Below, piece by piece: positions 49,593-60,000 of a stretch of 60,000 nucleotides of DNA. A program made the translations under genes and the position numbers. Below the pieces are notes generated by a model. It was not told the origin of the DNA, searched no databases, and saw only the letters and a list, made by a program, of their open reading frames with translations. The DNA is from Camelus dromedarius. Taxonomy: Eukaryota. Every line of letters starts with the position of its first letter. The stretch's first letter is position 1. The stretch lies in the NCBI RefSeq assembly GCF_036321535.1, contig NC_087438.1, forward strand, positions 2,296,001-2,356,000, given 5' to 3'.

Positions 49593-49613
49593 TTTTTTTT
49601 TTTTTTTTTTTTT
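49593..49613 (+). repeat. Poly-T (21 nt)
   Basis: Seen directly. Confidence 0.95.
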
Positions 49614-50319
49614 AACCTTCACCAACAAAATCTTGTACTTTTGGTCATTGATGATGACTAAGATGAAGTTTTGGGCAGAAAAAGTGGAAGATGGGGTGTG
49701 AAAACCAGTCCTTATGGAAACCACAGAAAAGGACACAGGTCTTTTCGACCAGGTATGACGGGGAGGCGTCGAAGGGGAAGGCCGTTCGTGCACTTTCCGG
49801 TGGACCCAGGTCTAGGCGGAGATGCCATCGATGAAAACCCCCTGCTTCCTGATAACGCAGCTCAGTTGCCCGTGTGTCACGTCGGGTAAGTCGATGGCCC
49901 GCCGTTCTGTGCACATACATCAACAGTGCCTAAAATGCAGCTCCCAAGCGGACTTTGCACTGTGACAAAATATCCTGGTCAGTTTAGTCCATGTCACTGA
50001 CTGCCCTGTACAGCGGGACAAACACAATGAAGGACTAAGTTAGAAGGAGGGTGTGGTTTTACCTGGGGAGCCAGATGGGGTTTGACATCCTTCTTATAAA
50101 CTCAGAATCAGAGACGGGTAAGTCACGCCTACGGTTCCGCAAGTTGCCATGTAGAAATGGTGACTCCTGTGTTGTCCTGCCCCCTAACCCAGGCGAGGGA
50201 CTCGCTTAGGACACAGACGGTGACAATGGACAGTGATCAAATCGTAAGCCCTTCTGAGGTGGCAGACGTCCACTTACCCTTTTGTCATCTCCTCCAAGCT
50301 TCACAGAGGTTGACAGAAG

Positions 50320-50440
50320 AATAACCCCTTTTACAGACGGGATAACTGAGGCTCAGATCATTCACACATCTTACTCAAGGTCTAGGTCTTGCTAAGAACA
50401 CGGCAGGCCTGGAAGGTGCACCCAGGTGTGCTGGAGTGAA
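50320..50440 (-). mobile_element. MIR SINE fragment
   Basis: cccttttacagacgggataactgaggctcag...ttactcaaggtc is the MIR core. Confidence 0.65.
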
Positions 50441-51764
50441 AAGCGCATTTTTTCCATCACATTACACCTCTGACGAGACGTGCATAACCCGCTGTGGAAT
50501 ATTGCCTCTAATTATAAAAAATGCAGGGGGCTTTGTATGTTGTGGGCCTGCGTCTCACTCTTCATTAAATCCCAGTGGGAACTCAGTGATAAGAGTGAAC
50601 AGGAACCCGGTCACCCAAACAGTCACAACAGTGTCACCAAATTCCAGAGTCGGGAGAAGGACACTAAAAGTGTTGAAAAGCTATTCAGCACGTGCCTTTG
50701 ATGGCCTGCCTAACGGAGATGTCTGTGTTTGCACATTTTTCATGATCTTCATCTGAATCCAGATAGTAAACGCTATGTCAAGATTTAGAGCCCGGGAAAT
50801 AAGTCCATTACCGCTCTCAGGAGGTGCCACTTACATGCTTCTAAACCACGTCTGCTGAGATGGAACGGCCTTCCCGGGACATTTGGCCGCATGGCGGCGG
50901 CACAGTCGTTACGGAACATGAAAGCGTGGGGCCGAAGCAAAGTCTGGAGCTGCCTGAGTTCTCTGGGCAGCGTGGCCGCAACACACAGGACCTGCCACAG
51001 CGCTGACCGTGCCCAGGGCTGCAGGACCATCGGGCCCAGTGCGGCGGCCCTCCGACCCCTTGGGTCCTGGGTACAGGCTGCTAATTCAGTTCACGACAGT
51101 AGCGTTTCTCTGAGACGAAGCCCCCGTGTCATGCCTGTTTGATGAGTGTGGTGGGGTGACTCCCTGCCACCCCATGTCACCCCTTGCGGGGAACACTGAC
51201 AAAGAAATGAGAGCCTCCATCAAAGCCCCACCACATGCTGGGAAGAGGAGCCGTCCCCAGGCCCTGCTCCCGCTCCTTCGTCCCTGTCCCCCGAGGTCCC
51301 TCCTCGCTGGGCGGCCCTCCGGCCTGCTCTGCACCTGCGGTTGCGTCAGCATCGGGCTTCCCATGGGCGGTGGGGTCAGAAAGTGCTCCCGGCTCCAAGG
51401 TAAAGGAAATGAATTCTTTTTTTTTTTTAAATAATTATGATATCCATAAATCAGAGCTTTATTTATTTTTTGGTGAATTCAATGTAAGAATTCACTTTTT
51501 CAGAATCCCTTTTCCACTGAATTTTACTCTTTTGGCGATGAAAATGTGTCCAGGTCAAAAGTTAAAATCACATGCCAGGGAGTTCTTAAATCTCAGCCTC
51601 TTCCTTACGTCTCTCCGCCCACCCCACCTGTCTCCTGTGCGCCATCCGTTCCCACTGGTTTTAGGGTCTCTTTCTTGGCTTCTTTTGGCAAAAATAAGCA
51701 AATTTACAGAGACATTCATTTCTTTGGTATCCTCTTTTTTAAAAAAGTAACATTCTTCTTCCAA

Positions 51765-51972
51765 TTTTTTTTAATTTTATTTTTTGATTGAAGTTTAGTT
51801 GATTTAAAATGTTCGTTTCAGGTGTACAGCAAAGCGATTCAGTTATACAGATACATACATGCAAATGTATTTTTTCATACTCTCTTTCATCAGAGGCTGT
51901 TATAAGAAACTGAATATAGCTCCCTGTGCTCTACAGTGGGTCCTAGTTGTTTAGCTGCTTTATATACAGTAA
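51765..51972 (-). mobile_element. Short L1 3'-end insertion
   Basis: Poly-T followed by ttgaagtttagttgattta...caggtgtacagcaaagcgattcagttatac...ccctgtgctctacag, homologous to the tail of the L1 at 34011. Degenerate TSD cttct(t)cca.ttttt. Confidence 0.8.
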
Positions 51973-52249
51973 TGCCTTCTCCACTTTTTTTTTTTTTTTG
52001 GCAACTTACTTAAAAGTGCCCTTGAAGTCACTTCACGTCATCGCACAGAGGGCTTCCTGGCTCTTTCCCACTTGTGCGGACCCTGCTGTGCGGGCGCAGC
52101 AGCATTTGCTCACCTTTTCTCTTGTGGGGAGGGACCTGTGCTGTTTCACCTCAACCAGGACACCAAGGAGTGCCCTGTGGTGGGACGCAGGCCTGGCGGC
52201 CTCTGGGGCGCGCGGGACACTTCCCGGAAGTGACGTCTGCCAGAAGCCT

Positions 52250-52785
52250 AACCCGAGTCCAGTCATGAGGGGACACAAAGGCAAGCCGGAGTGTGACACA
52301 GTCTTCCAGAAAGTCAAGACCAGGGAAGACGGAGCGACAACCAGGAGCGGAGCTGGGGAAGGAAGGAGATGAAGACAGACAGGGACAGGTCCTGGGAAGC
52401 ATGGAAAATGGAGCGCTCTAAAGGACATTGTGGAGACGACTGAGGACATGTGAATGTGACCTGCACTGAGTGATGCTGCCGACCTTGGCTGTGCTGGTGG
52501 CGGCGGCCCACTGCAGTCTGGGGGCGTGTCTGATGAAGGAATTAAGGGTCGTGATGTCTACAGCTTAGTTTCCAGTGCTTCAGAGAAAAAGTGTGTGAGT
52601 GTGTGTGTGTGAGACAGGGACAGAGACAGAAAGACGGAGAAACGACAAGCAGACAGGAAAGGTGCAAACGGGACTCCACACAGCAGCTGATGAATCCAGG
52701 TGAAACATATACGAATGTTCATTGTGTTATTTACTTATTTATCTTTAATTCTCGTAGGTTTGAAGTTTTTCAAAATGAACAAGTC
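52250..52785 (+). mobile_element. Old L1 (L1MD/L1ME-like) 3'UTR fragment
   Basis: aaaggacattgtggagacgactgagg...gaatccaggtgaaacatatacgaatgttcattgt...gtaggtttgaagtttttcaaaat. Confidence 0.6.
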
Positions 52786-54529
52786 AGAGGAACGTTTGCC
52801 TCTCACAACAAAAAGCCGCAGAGGGCGTCCGCTCCCGGCGGTCCGCCCCTGGCGGCACCGCGAGGCCGTCGGGGACACCCCTTCACTGCTTCACAACGGG
52901 GGCTCTTCCTCCCTTGTTAATTCAAGCAGATGCAAGTCAGTGAAATACACTCTGAAGTCAAATGTGAGGCCTGGACGGTTTAGAATTCAGCCCAGTGCGC
53001 ACAGGTCCCGGGGACCCCCGCCCCACAGGGCTCTGACACAGATCCTACTGTGTTTCCAGCAGAATCACGAGGTCTCCGTGGCTCATGGAGAGACAGTCCG
53101 CGTGTGTCTCAGACTCTCAGGTGTGCCCCCCATGAAACCCGCCCCTGGAGCCCAGGCTGGAGCAGCAGCGCCTCCACACGGGGAGCCTGGGGTCCCCTAA
53201 GCTTCCCAGTGGGTGTGACAGGCCCCCTGAGGACCCGCCTGCCTGTGCCCAGACCTGCCTTCCTAGAATTGAGGCAAATCTCCCAGGAACCTGGCTCTCT
53301 GGGGCCAAGGACAGGACTGGGCTGGGATAACGGATGCTGGGCTGAGGTCGGGGTCCCTCAGCCCCCATTCTGAAGGCCTTGAGCTGCCATGACTTGGGAT
53401 CAAAAGCAGGACCAGTGGTCAGGGCATCCACCCACCTGTATGAAGGGGCCGCCACCCTCAGAGCCTGAGCTGGAGGCAGAGAGAGCAGGGCTGAGCGAGG
53501 GGGCACCTAGGGGGGTCCCCGCAGGAGGTCGGAGCTCTAGGCTGGTTTTACCCTGTCCTCTCTTATCAGCGCGGCTCCGAGGTTCTGTGTCAGCTCAGCT
53601 CTCCTCCCAGTGCGCTTTTCCTAAACTTCAGCCTCAGTATTTAGGGGGAAAAACGGTAAAACAGTGAATACTGAAACATCACATTTCCTTAATTCTAAGG
53701 TGCTGACGACTGTAGTGCGCACCAATAACTTAGTAACGACTTTTCTGGAATTCACCTGACGTTTGACGCAACAGTACTTCCCGGGTGACTTCAGAATTGC
53801 TGTTAAAAAGCACACCAACCCCAGGAAATCTGGTGAGTTTGGGAAACACTGGGTTAAATTAGGTGAGCGCGTCTTTCCTGCAGAACGACCCGAAGCCTGT
53901 GCGTGCTCAGCGTCACTGCCGTTTCCGCGAGGACGGCCAGCAGTTTGTCAGACTCACGTCAGCAGGCATGGGGCGCTCCTGGAGATCGGTCACTCCATCA
54001 GCAATCCCGGCCGGGTCCCTGCCTGTCCCGTGTCTGCTGCTTGTGAGCTGCTGCACCCCAGGAGCGGGCGTCCGAGCCTCCAACAGCCGAATCCCAGCGC
54101 TCCTCTCTGCTGGGAAAGCTGTTGGGTTCCTCGCTTTCCTTAGGGAACCTCCGGTGCAAACCGGCCATGAGGGAGATTCAGCATTGCGCAGCCACTCAGG
54201 TGCCCCCCCGGTGCCGAGCCTGGGCAGGGGATTGTGCCTCATGTTCTCCTGCCTCCAGGCTCCTGTGCCCCTGTCTCCTCTCAGGGCCTCCTCTGCCGGT
54301 GGGCTTCCAGCGTCCAGGGCTCTCCCAGCCCTGCCCCTGAGTTCTTCCACGTCCTGTTTCTGGGACTTCCTGAAGAGTCGAAACGTCCTCAAAGGTGGAG
54401 CCACCACTGCAGGTGACGCCCACAGCGAAGCAGTGTCCTGGTGCCGCACTCTCACGCCGCGGGGACGCGCATCGCAGGTGCACACGCACAGGCTCGCGGA
54501 GGGGTTATTAGGGACACGGGAGCTACTGA

Positions 54530-54700
54530 CTGATGCATTTATCCAGCAAATCTTCACCAAACATCTTCTCTGTGCCAGGATTCTTCTAGGCTCAGAGACT
54601 CGACATGGACCCAATAGAATGGGCATCTTATGTTCCAGTGGTAGGAAGCGATCAGGACGTTCACGTGAAACACAGAGGGTATTGGCAGGTGCAAAGGAGA
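54530..54700 (-). mobile_element. L2 3'-end fragment
   Basis: catttatccagcaaatcttcaccaaacatcttctctgtgccagg...ctaggctcagagac matches the L2 terminus. Confidence 0.55.
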
Positions 54701-55324
54701 AAACGGAAGTTGGGCAGGAGGGGTGGGGAGAGTGGGGGGGGAGGAGCCTCCTCATCCCTGCCATCACAGTGCAAACCGAGACCGTGCTGAGGACAGGGCT
54801 TCCTGCACGGCCTGGGGGCCGGAGGGGCCTCACAGAACAGCAGGCGACCAAGCCCTGCAGGTGGGACCCTCCGCACTCTGAGAACCCTTCTGCAGAACTT
54901 CCCTGGGGTGAGGGGGAGTCGGGCGGGATATGGGGATCTGGATCGGGATGAGCTGGGGCCCCCTAGCTGGGTGTGGTGAATGCAATGTGGTCGGTGAACA
55001 GGGCGTCGTGTAGTGACTCAGTTAGTGGGCAGGTGCTGGACCCCAGTGAGGCCCCTGCACCGTTAGGGGAGTGAGGATCTTAGAACAAGGGACCAGCTCG
55101 CTGCCCGGGTGCTGCAGGGGTCCCTCTGGAAGGCGGGTCTGAAGTGCGGGGTGCCAGACATCCTTGCTCGTCCTTGTGCACAGTTGTGAGTGGCAGGGAT
55201 TCAGGTCCTCTCCACGCTCGTTCTGAACAGGAACTCTTGCCCTTCCAGAATGTTCTTTCTCATGAAGCGGTTTCCACTGTGAATGCAGGATACTTTTTCT
55301 TCTTTCTCTCTCTTTCTTTTTAAA

Positions 55325-55730
55325 AGTGAAAATGAACCAAAGCAGAGTTTATCAGAATTCATTCATGGAGCACAGACGCGTTGCGTCGCCACGGGCAGCA
55401 AACGCACCTGTGTGTGACACACGTGGTTGCGGATTCCAAACACCAGAGACAAAAACCAGATTCAGATCAGCCGTGCGATATCATCTATCTCCTCTCTCTG
55501 TAGAAAGGTGATGTTAGTAAATCGCTGCCATAAGAAGCAGCAATAAAAATGCGGAGAAGCAGTGTCGGCCGCTGACTAATACAATCTGCTACCGTCTTGG
55601 GTTTTGTGGTCTATGTGGTCTGCAAATTTTTTCAATGTGTAATTTGTTTCATGTTCTTATTCTAAACAAACATCCACTTTTGTGCCTAATTTTTTGGGTA
55701 ATTTTGTATTCTTCTCTTTAAAAAGCCTCC
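55325..55730. mobile_element. Probable ancient hAT-type DNA transposon remnant
   Basis: AT-rich decayed text (atttgtttcatgttcttattctaaacaaacatccacttttgtgcctaattt...attttgtattctt). Family uncertain. Confidence 0.35.
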
Positions 55731-56409
55731 GTTTCTCTCCCCTCCCCCACCCTGTGTGAGCTCTGTCCCCAGAAACTGGCTCTGTCCCCGCGGGCAGGGG
55801 TCCAGGGATGAGCTCTCCAGAGACAGGGGAGATAGTGCGGAGTGCGGACTGCCAGGCAGGGGGCGTGCCGAGTGAATGGACGGTGCACGCAGCCTGGGGG
55901 AGCCCTGGTCACGATTCGGGCTTCCACTAGAGAGAAATGGGGGTCCCTGGGGGCGCTGGATCAGAGGGTTATCTTGGTCACACTCACACTTTCTGGGTTG
56001 ATTCCAGCTGCCGTAGGAGCCTAGGGTTTCCACAGGCTGCACCCACGGGTGTTCAGATTGGTGCAGAGTTCCTGGAACATCTCCCCACCCCCAAGCCAGG
56101 GGGACCTAGACCATATTTGATAACAATATGAAAACGACTTTGAAACGCCTTTCTCCGGGAAAGTAGACGCAGATTTGGCCAAAAGACAACCGGAAGGCAG
56201 CATCAATGCTCCCAAATTGGCGAGGAAGCGTTGCCCACCCCGCCCGCCAGGCTCCGGGACCCTCCTAGATGCTGACCCGGGGCGGGGATCACAGCACCCG
56301 CTCAGGACTGAAGGGGCAGCGCCTTCCGCCATGAATGCACGCGCATGGAACTGAATGCGTGCTGCCTGCCGTCCAGGCAGTCTTGGGACCCCGAACACTT
56401 TTGCTCTAA

Positions 56410-56935
56410 ATTAAAGTTTTGACTTGGTTTTGAGGTAATTGTGGAATGACCTGTACTAGTGGGAAATAATACAGAGACAGCCCCCGTGCCTGGTTTCCCT
56501 CAACGATAAGCTTCTTGCAAAACCATAGCATAAAAATCACAGCAGACATCCACGTTGCTAGAACCCTGGTCCTGTCCAATTAAAATTTTGCTTACACTCT
56601 TGTGTCTTCGTTTACCTGTCTGGTGTTACCACTGTGCAAGTTCAGGTGTGGACCTCCCCGACCAGGATGTTCCCACTCCGTCACCCCCGGGACTCCACAG
56701 GATGCGCTGCCCTCTGCCCGCCACACCACTCCCTCCTGCCCCGCCCTCCTTCACCCCTGGAAGCCAGCAGTCTGTTCCCGATTTCCAGAATTCTCAAATA
56801 ATGTTATCTAAATGGATGTGCACAGTTCGTAACCTTTGGGGTCTGGCTTTCCTCACTCGGCATGAATCCCCTGAGATTCTCGCAGGCTGGCGTGTGTGTT
56901 GACAGTTCACTCCTTTTTCATTCTGGGTAACGTCC
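56410..56935 (-). mobile_element. Old L1 (L1MC/MD-like) 3' fragment
   Basis: tttgaggtaattgt...gaaataatacagaga...ttgcaaaaccatagcataaaaatcacagc...ccctgagattc...gacagttcactccttttt. Confidence 0.65.
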
Positions 56936-59516
56936 CGGGGGTGAGTGGGAGAGGCACTTTCTAAAACACGGTTCTCGTTATCACAGTCCCTGAGAAGAGA
57001 TTCAAAGGGCGGATCCCCAGCACGTCCTGAGTGACTTCAGGGTCCCTGGGGTAAATGTACACCATTGCAGGAGCTGTTACTGATGTGGCTGTACAGCTGG
57101 TGGGGCTCACGTAGGAAAGTGAAGGGAACCCCATGCAACCCAGCCAGCGCCCCAGCTCAGCGAGGGGGTCACTGGGAGAAGTGGGTACCACTCCAGCTGC
57201 TGGCCATTTGGGCCCCTGGGGCTGACTCGGGGCGGATGATACTGGGGAGGTGGCCTTGGGCTCCCCTGGGGACCAGGCAGCGGTCCTGCTGCTCCCACAG
57301 CTCAGGGAGGCCAGGATGCTGTGTTCCCTGCAGAGCGTAAGGCACATTGTGTGGAACGGGAGGCCCCAGAGGGACTGGGGGGCAGTGCCTCCCTGCAGGG
57401 CGTGTGAGCCTGGGGTAACTTCCTGCCGGTTTACCCCACTGCAGTGGGGACAGCACCCTCCGCTCTGAGAATAAATTGGTTAATTTTGCAGAGTGCTCTG
57501 AAAACGCCAAGAGCTGTAAAATGCTCACGAGGCGAGAAGCCCCCTGTGCTTGACAAGGAAGAGGTGCAGAGGGGCCAGTCGCATGTGGTTTGCATAGTAA
57601 ATTTCATGATTGCTTTTGGAAATTATGCCTTCTTATTTATACGTCTTGTCAAATAAACAAATTGAATGGAATCACCAGAAGGCCCTAAATATTGCCTAGA
57701 ACTGTCTTTAGAGAGATCTTGGTAGAGGACTGGGGAGCCTTCAGATGGGGCAGCCTGGGAGGAAAAGGGACGTGGGGTCTAATTCCTGTGATTGTCACGA
57801 GCATCTATTTATTTGCTCAGGGAGGTGAAGGGGGGACCATCTCATTTAGACTTATTAAAGGGTCCAAAAGTATAACACTCTTCAAAAGGGTCACTATAAA
57901 TATGCCACATACAGTATTTCATAGAGTTTATGGGAAAGGAAATTGAAATTGACTAAAAATAGAATTGAATCTTGTCCAAACAATATTGGATACACCAAAT
58001 GAGTGTTTTTGTTATTACATCTAACAGACTGATATTCTGAGCACATTTTTATAAAACTTTAGTTTGTTTTCATAAATTTGGGACATTCCTGCAACTCTTA
58101 GTTTTCTTAGAATTATCAGCCAGTGTGACAGTATCTTAAAAAATGAAAATAAAAGGTTCATTTGTGGCAGGGTTGCCCCCTCCTCTGGTCCGTTCCTCTC
58201 TGGTCACTGGCGCAGCTCCTGAGATCTCAGGGGGACCTGGGCAGGTCAAGGGGTCAGAGGAAAAATCCTGGCTGGTCTGCCTGCATCCTGAGTCTGCGAA
58301 CAGAAATAGTCCCGACTTTTGAAACCCCTTACCCCAGTTTACAGTGCAGACGTGTGCCCTGGGGGCCCCACTGCTGCCTTGAGACTAGGAGGGTGGTGAC
58401 TTCCAGGAAGGAGAGAGAGGCTGAGAGACTCGCAGAGATGTGGTCCTGGCACCGTCACGGTCACGCTTCAGATTCCGTTACAGGAGGAGAGTTAAGCCTC
58501 CTTCTGTGGAAGGTGCTCTTTGTAGGGTTTTGTTACCTGCTGCCAAATGCATTATCTTTGGTTTCTTCACCCACTGGGACAATTAGGGGGGAAACAGAAC
58601 AGTCAGGAATTGTTCTATAACAGCACAGCTGAACTTCAGAGTGGAGACGTTCTAGGGTGCCCAAACCCCACCTGGATGCTTGCACCCGGACAGGTGAGTG
58701 GAAGGGGGAGGGATGTGGCCTCACACGTGTGCTTCCAAGGTGATGCCGAAAATCTGAGCATCAGCCCCACCGTGGCTGAGAACGGCCCTTTGCAGGGCGG
58801 CTCAGCTCTGCTTTCTTAGTAGGTAACAAAGGGACCTGGTTTTCTTTGTTTGTAGGGCCCTCCACCACGTAGCACCCTCAGACAGGAGCACTGCGCAGGG
58901 TCTCTGTAGCAGGACACATCTCCTCCAAGGTCCTTGGTGTGCTGACGTAAATTAGCTTAATTTCTGTTACTTGAAGATGTGCACAAATCAAACAAGTGTA
59001 CCCTGTACACTTGCCATGATATATACACAATTGAAAATTAGACGCAAGGAAAGATTACTGTCAGTCATATTTACGTTGATAACATCAAATGATGCTGTTT
59101 GGTTTAAATTAAGTTGCTGCTCTCCGTGTGAACACCGTTTAGACCTCCAGGGCTCTGTTTCCTTTGCGTTAAGCATACTCTGGGTTATGTGGTGACAAAA
59201 CTCCTCATCGCTGTCTTCTCCTTGAAGCACGGAGACATAGCCCTTCGGTCACCGCGGTGTCAGATGGACCTGGCTTGGCACAAAAGAATGACTTGTTAAT
59301 AAATTCCAATTCATTATTTCTTATTAGCAGGCTACAACCAAGGTCAATTCATCCATAAAGCAGAGCTCCTATAGGTCCTTACGCTTTTAATTGTCATTAA
59401 AGCTAAAATGCAAAATTAAAAACATCTTGCAACGGGACAGATGCGTGGGTTTCCGAGAGTGTGTCGAGTCCTCCTGGTCTGGAGGACGTGCTTCTCAGGA
59501 AATAATAAACTGTTGA

Positions 59517-59633
59517 GGGGAGGGTATAGCTCGGTGCTAGAGTGTGTGCTTAGCATGCATGAGATCCTGGGTTCGATCCCCAGCAGCTCCATTAAAATAA
59601 ATAAATAAACCTAAAAAACAAACAAACAAAAAA
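59517..59633 (+). mobile_element. tRNA-Ala-derived SINE (Vic-1-like)
   Basis: ggggagggtatagctcggtgctagagtgtgtgcttagcatgcatgagatcctgggttcgatccccagcagctccattaaaataaataaataaacc plus an A-rich tail. TSD gaaa(t/c)aataaact at 59499-59511 and 59634-59646. Confidence 0.9.
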
Positions 59634-60000
59634 GAAACAATAAACTTTCTGGAGCCTTTGAGTCAGAGCATCTAACGACCAGCTTTTCTGAAGAGTATGC
59701 AGCTGTGAACTCGAGTTGGTTGAGATGTCCTTGTGGGGATGTACTTTTAGGACACTGATAGGGAAGTGGCTTAAGAATATTATATTATGTCATGTCAGTG
59801 GTGCTAAGTTCCCTTGCTTGGTCAGCTCTCCTGGTGTGCTGAGTCAGGGATGATTCAGTGATGATTCATCACCAAGCATCTCCTCACAAACAAATTCAAC
59901 TGCTTTTTTTTTTTTAAATAAATGAGAACATTGAAACACAGGTCAAATTCAACTGTTTTTAATCTTCCGTTCAAAGAAATCTTACTGTCCTCAAAATATT

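Noticed and set aside
53863..54951. 362-aa (+) and overlapping 312-aa (-) ORFs
   Set aside because: No domain similarity, the + ORF starts at GTG, they span an L2 fragment, and such ORFs are expected in stop-poor GC-rich DNA.
1..60000. A novel multi-gene system (operon, CRISPR, retron, defence island, etc.)
   Set aside because: The window is a eukaryotic single-gene homeobox locus with gene-desert flanks. I saw no arrays, foreign-composition segments or additional credible genes.

Overview
Mammalian genomic DNA, most likely a camelid (alpaca/llama/camel), judged from three tRNA-Ala-derived SINEs of the Vic-1 type. It holds one protein-coding gene: the TALE-class homeobox gene IRX1 (Iroquois 1) on the + strand, with 4 coding exons (13896-14168, 17019-18039, 18412-18484, 18781-18838). 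The spliced CDS is 1425 nt and encodes 474 aa, all introns are GT-AG, and AATAAA lies at 19188. IRX1 sits in a string of CpG islands. The rest is GC-rich gene desert containing MaLR/ERVL solo LTRs, 5'-truncated L1s with target-site duplications, MIR/L2/DNA-transposon remnants and many short AT-rich blocks dense in homeodomain, TCF, GATA and E-box motifs. These blocks look like the conserved enhancers known to surround Irx clusters. All other ORFs in the track appear to be GC-rich noise or repeat-derived. I found no evidence of a new protein-coding or prokaryote-style system. The most interesting signals are regulatory or structural: paired Pumilio elements and a G-quadruplex candidate in the IRX1 3'UTR, a same-strand GATA cluster in intron 1, a 16-mer E-box/TALE module found on both sides of the gene, an IRX/Forkhead palindrome downstream, and two inverted L1 copies bracketing an enhancer-like spacer. 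Repeat family names come from recognition by eye, not from a database search.
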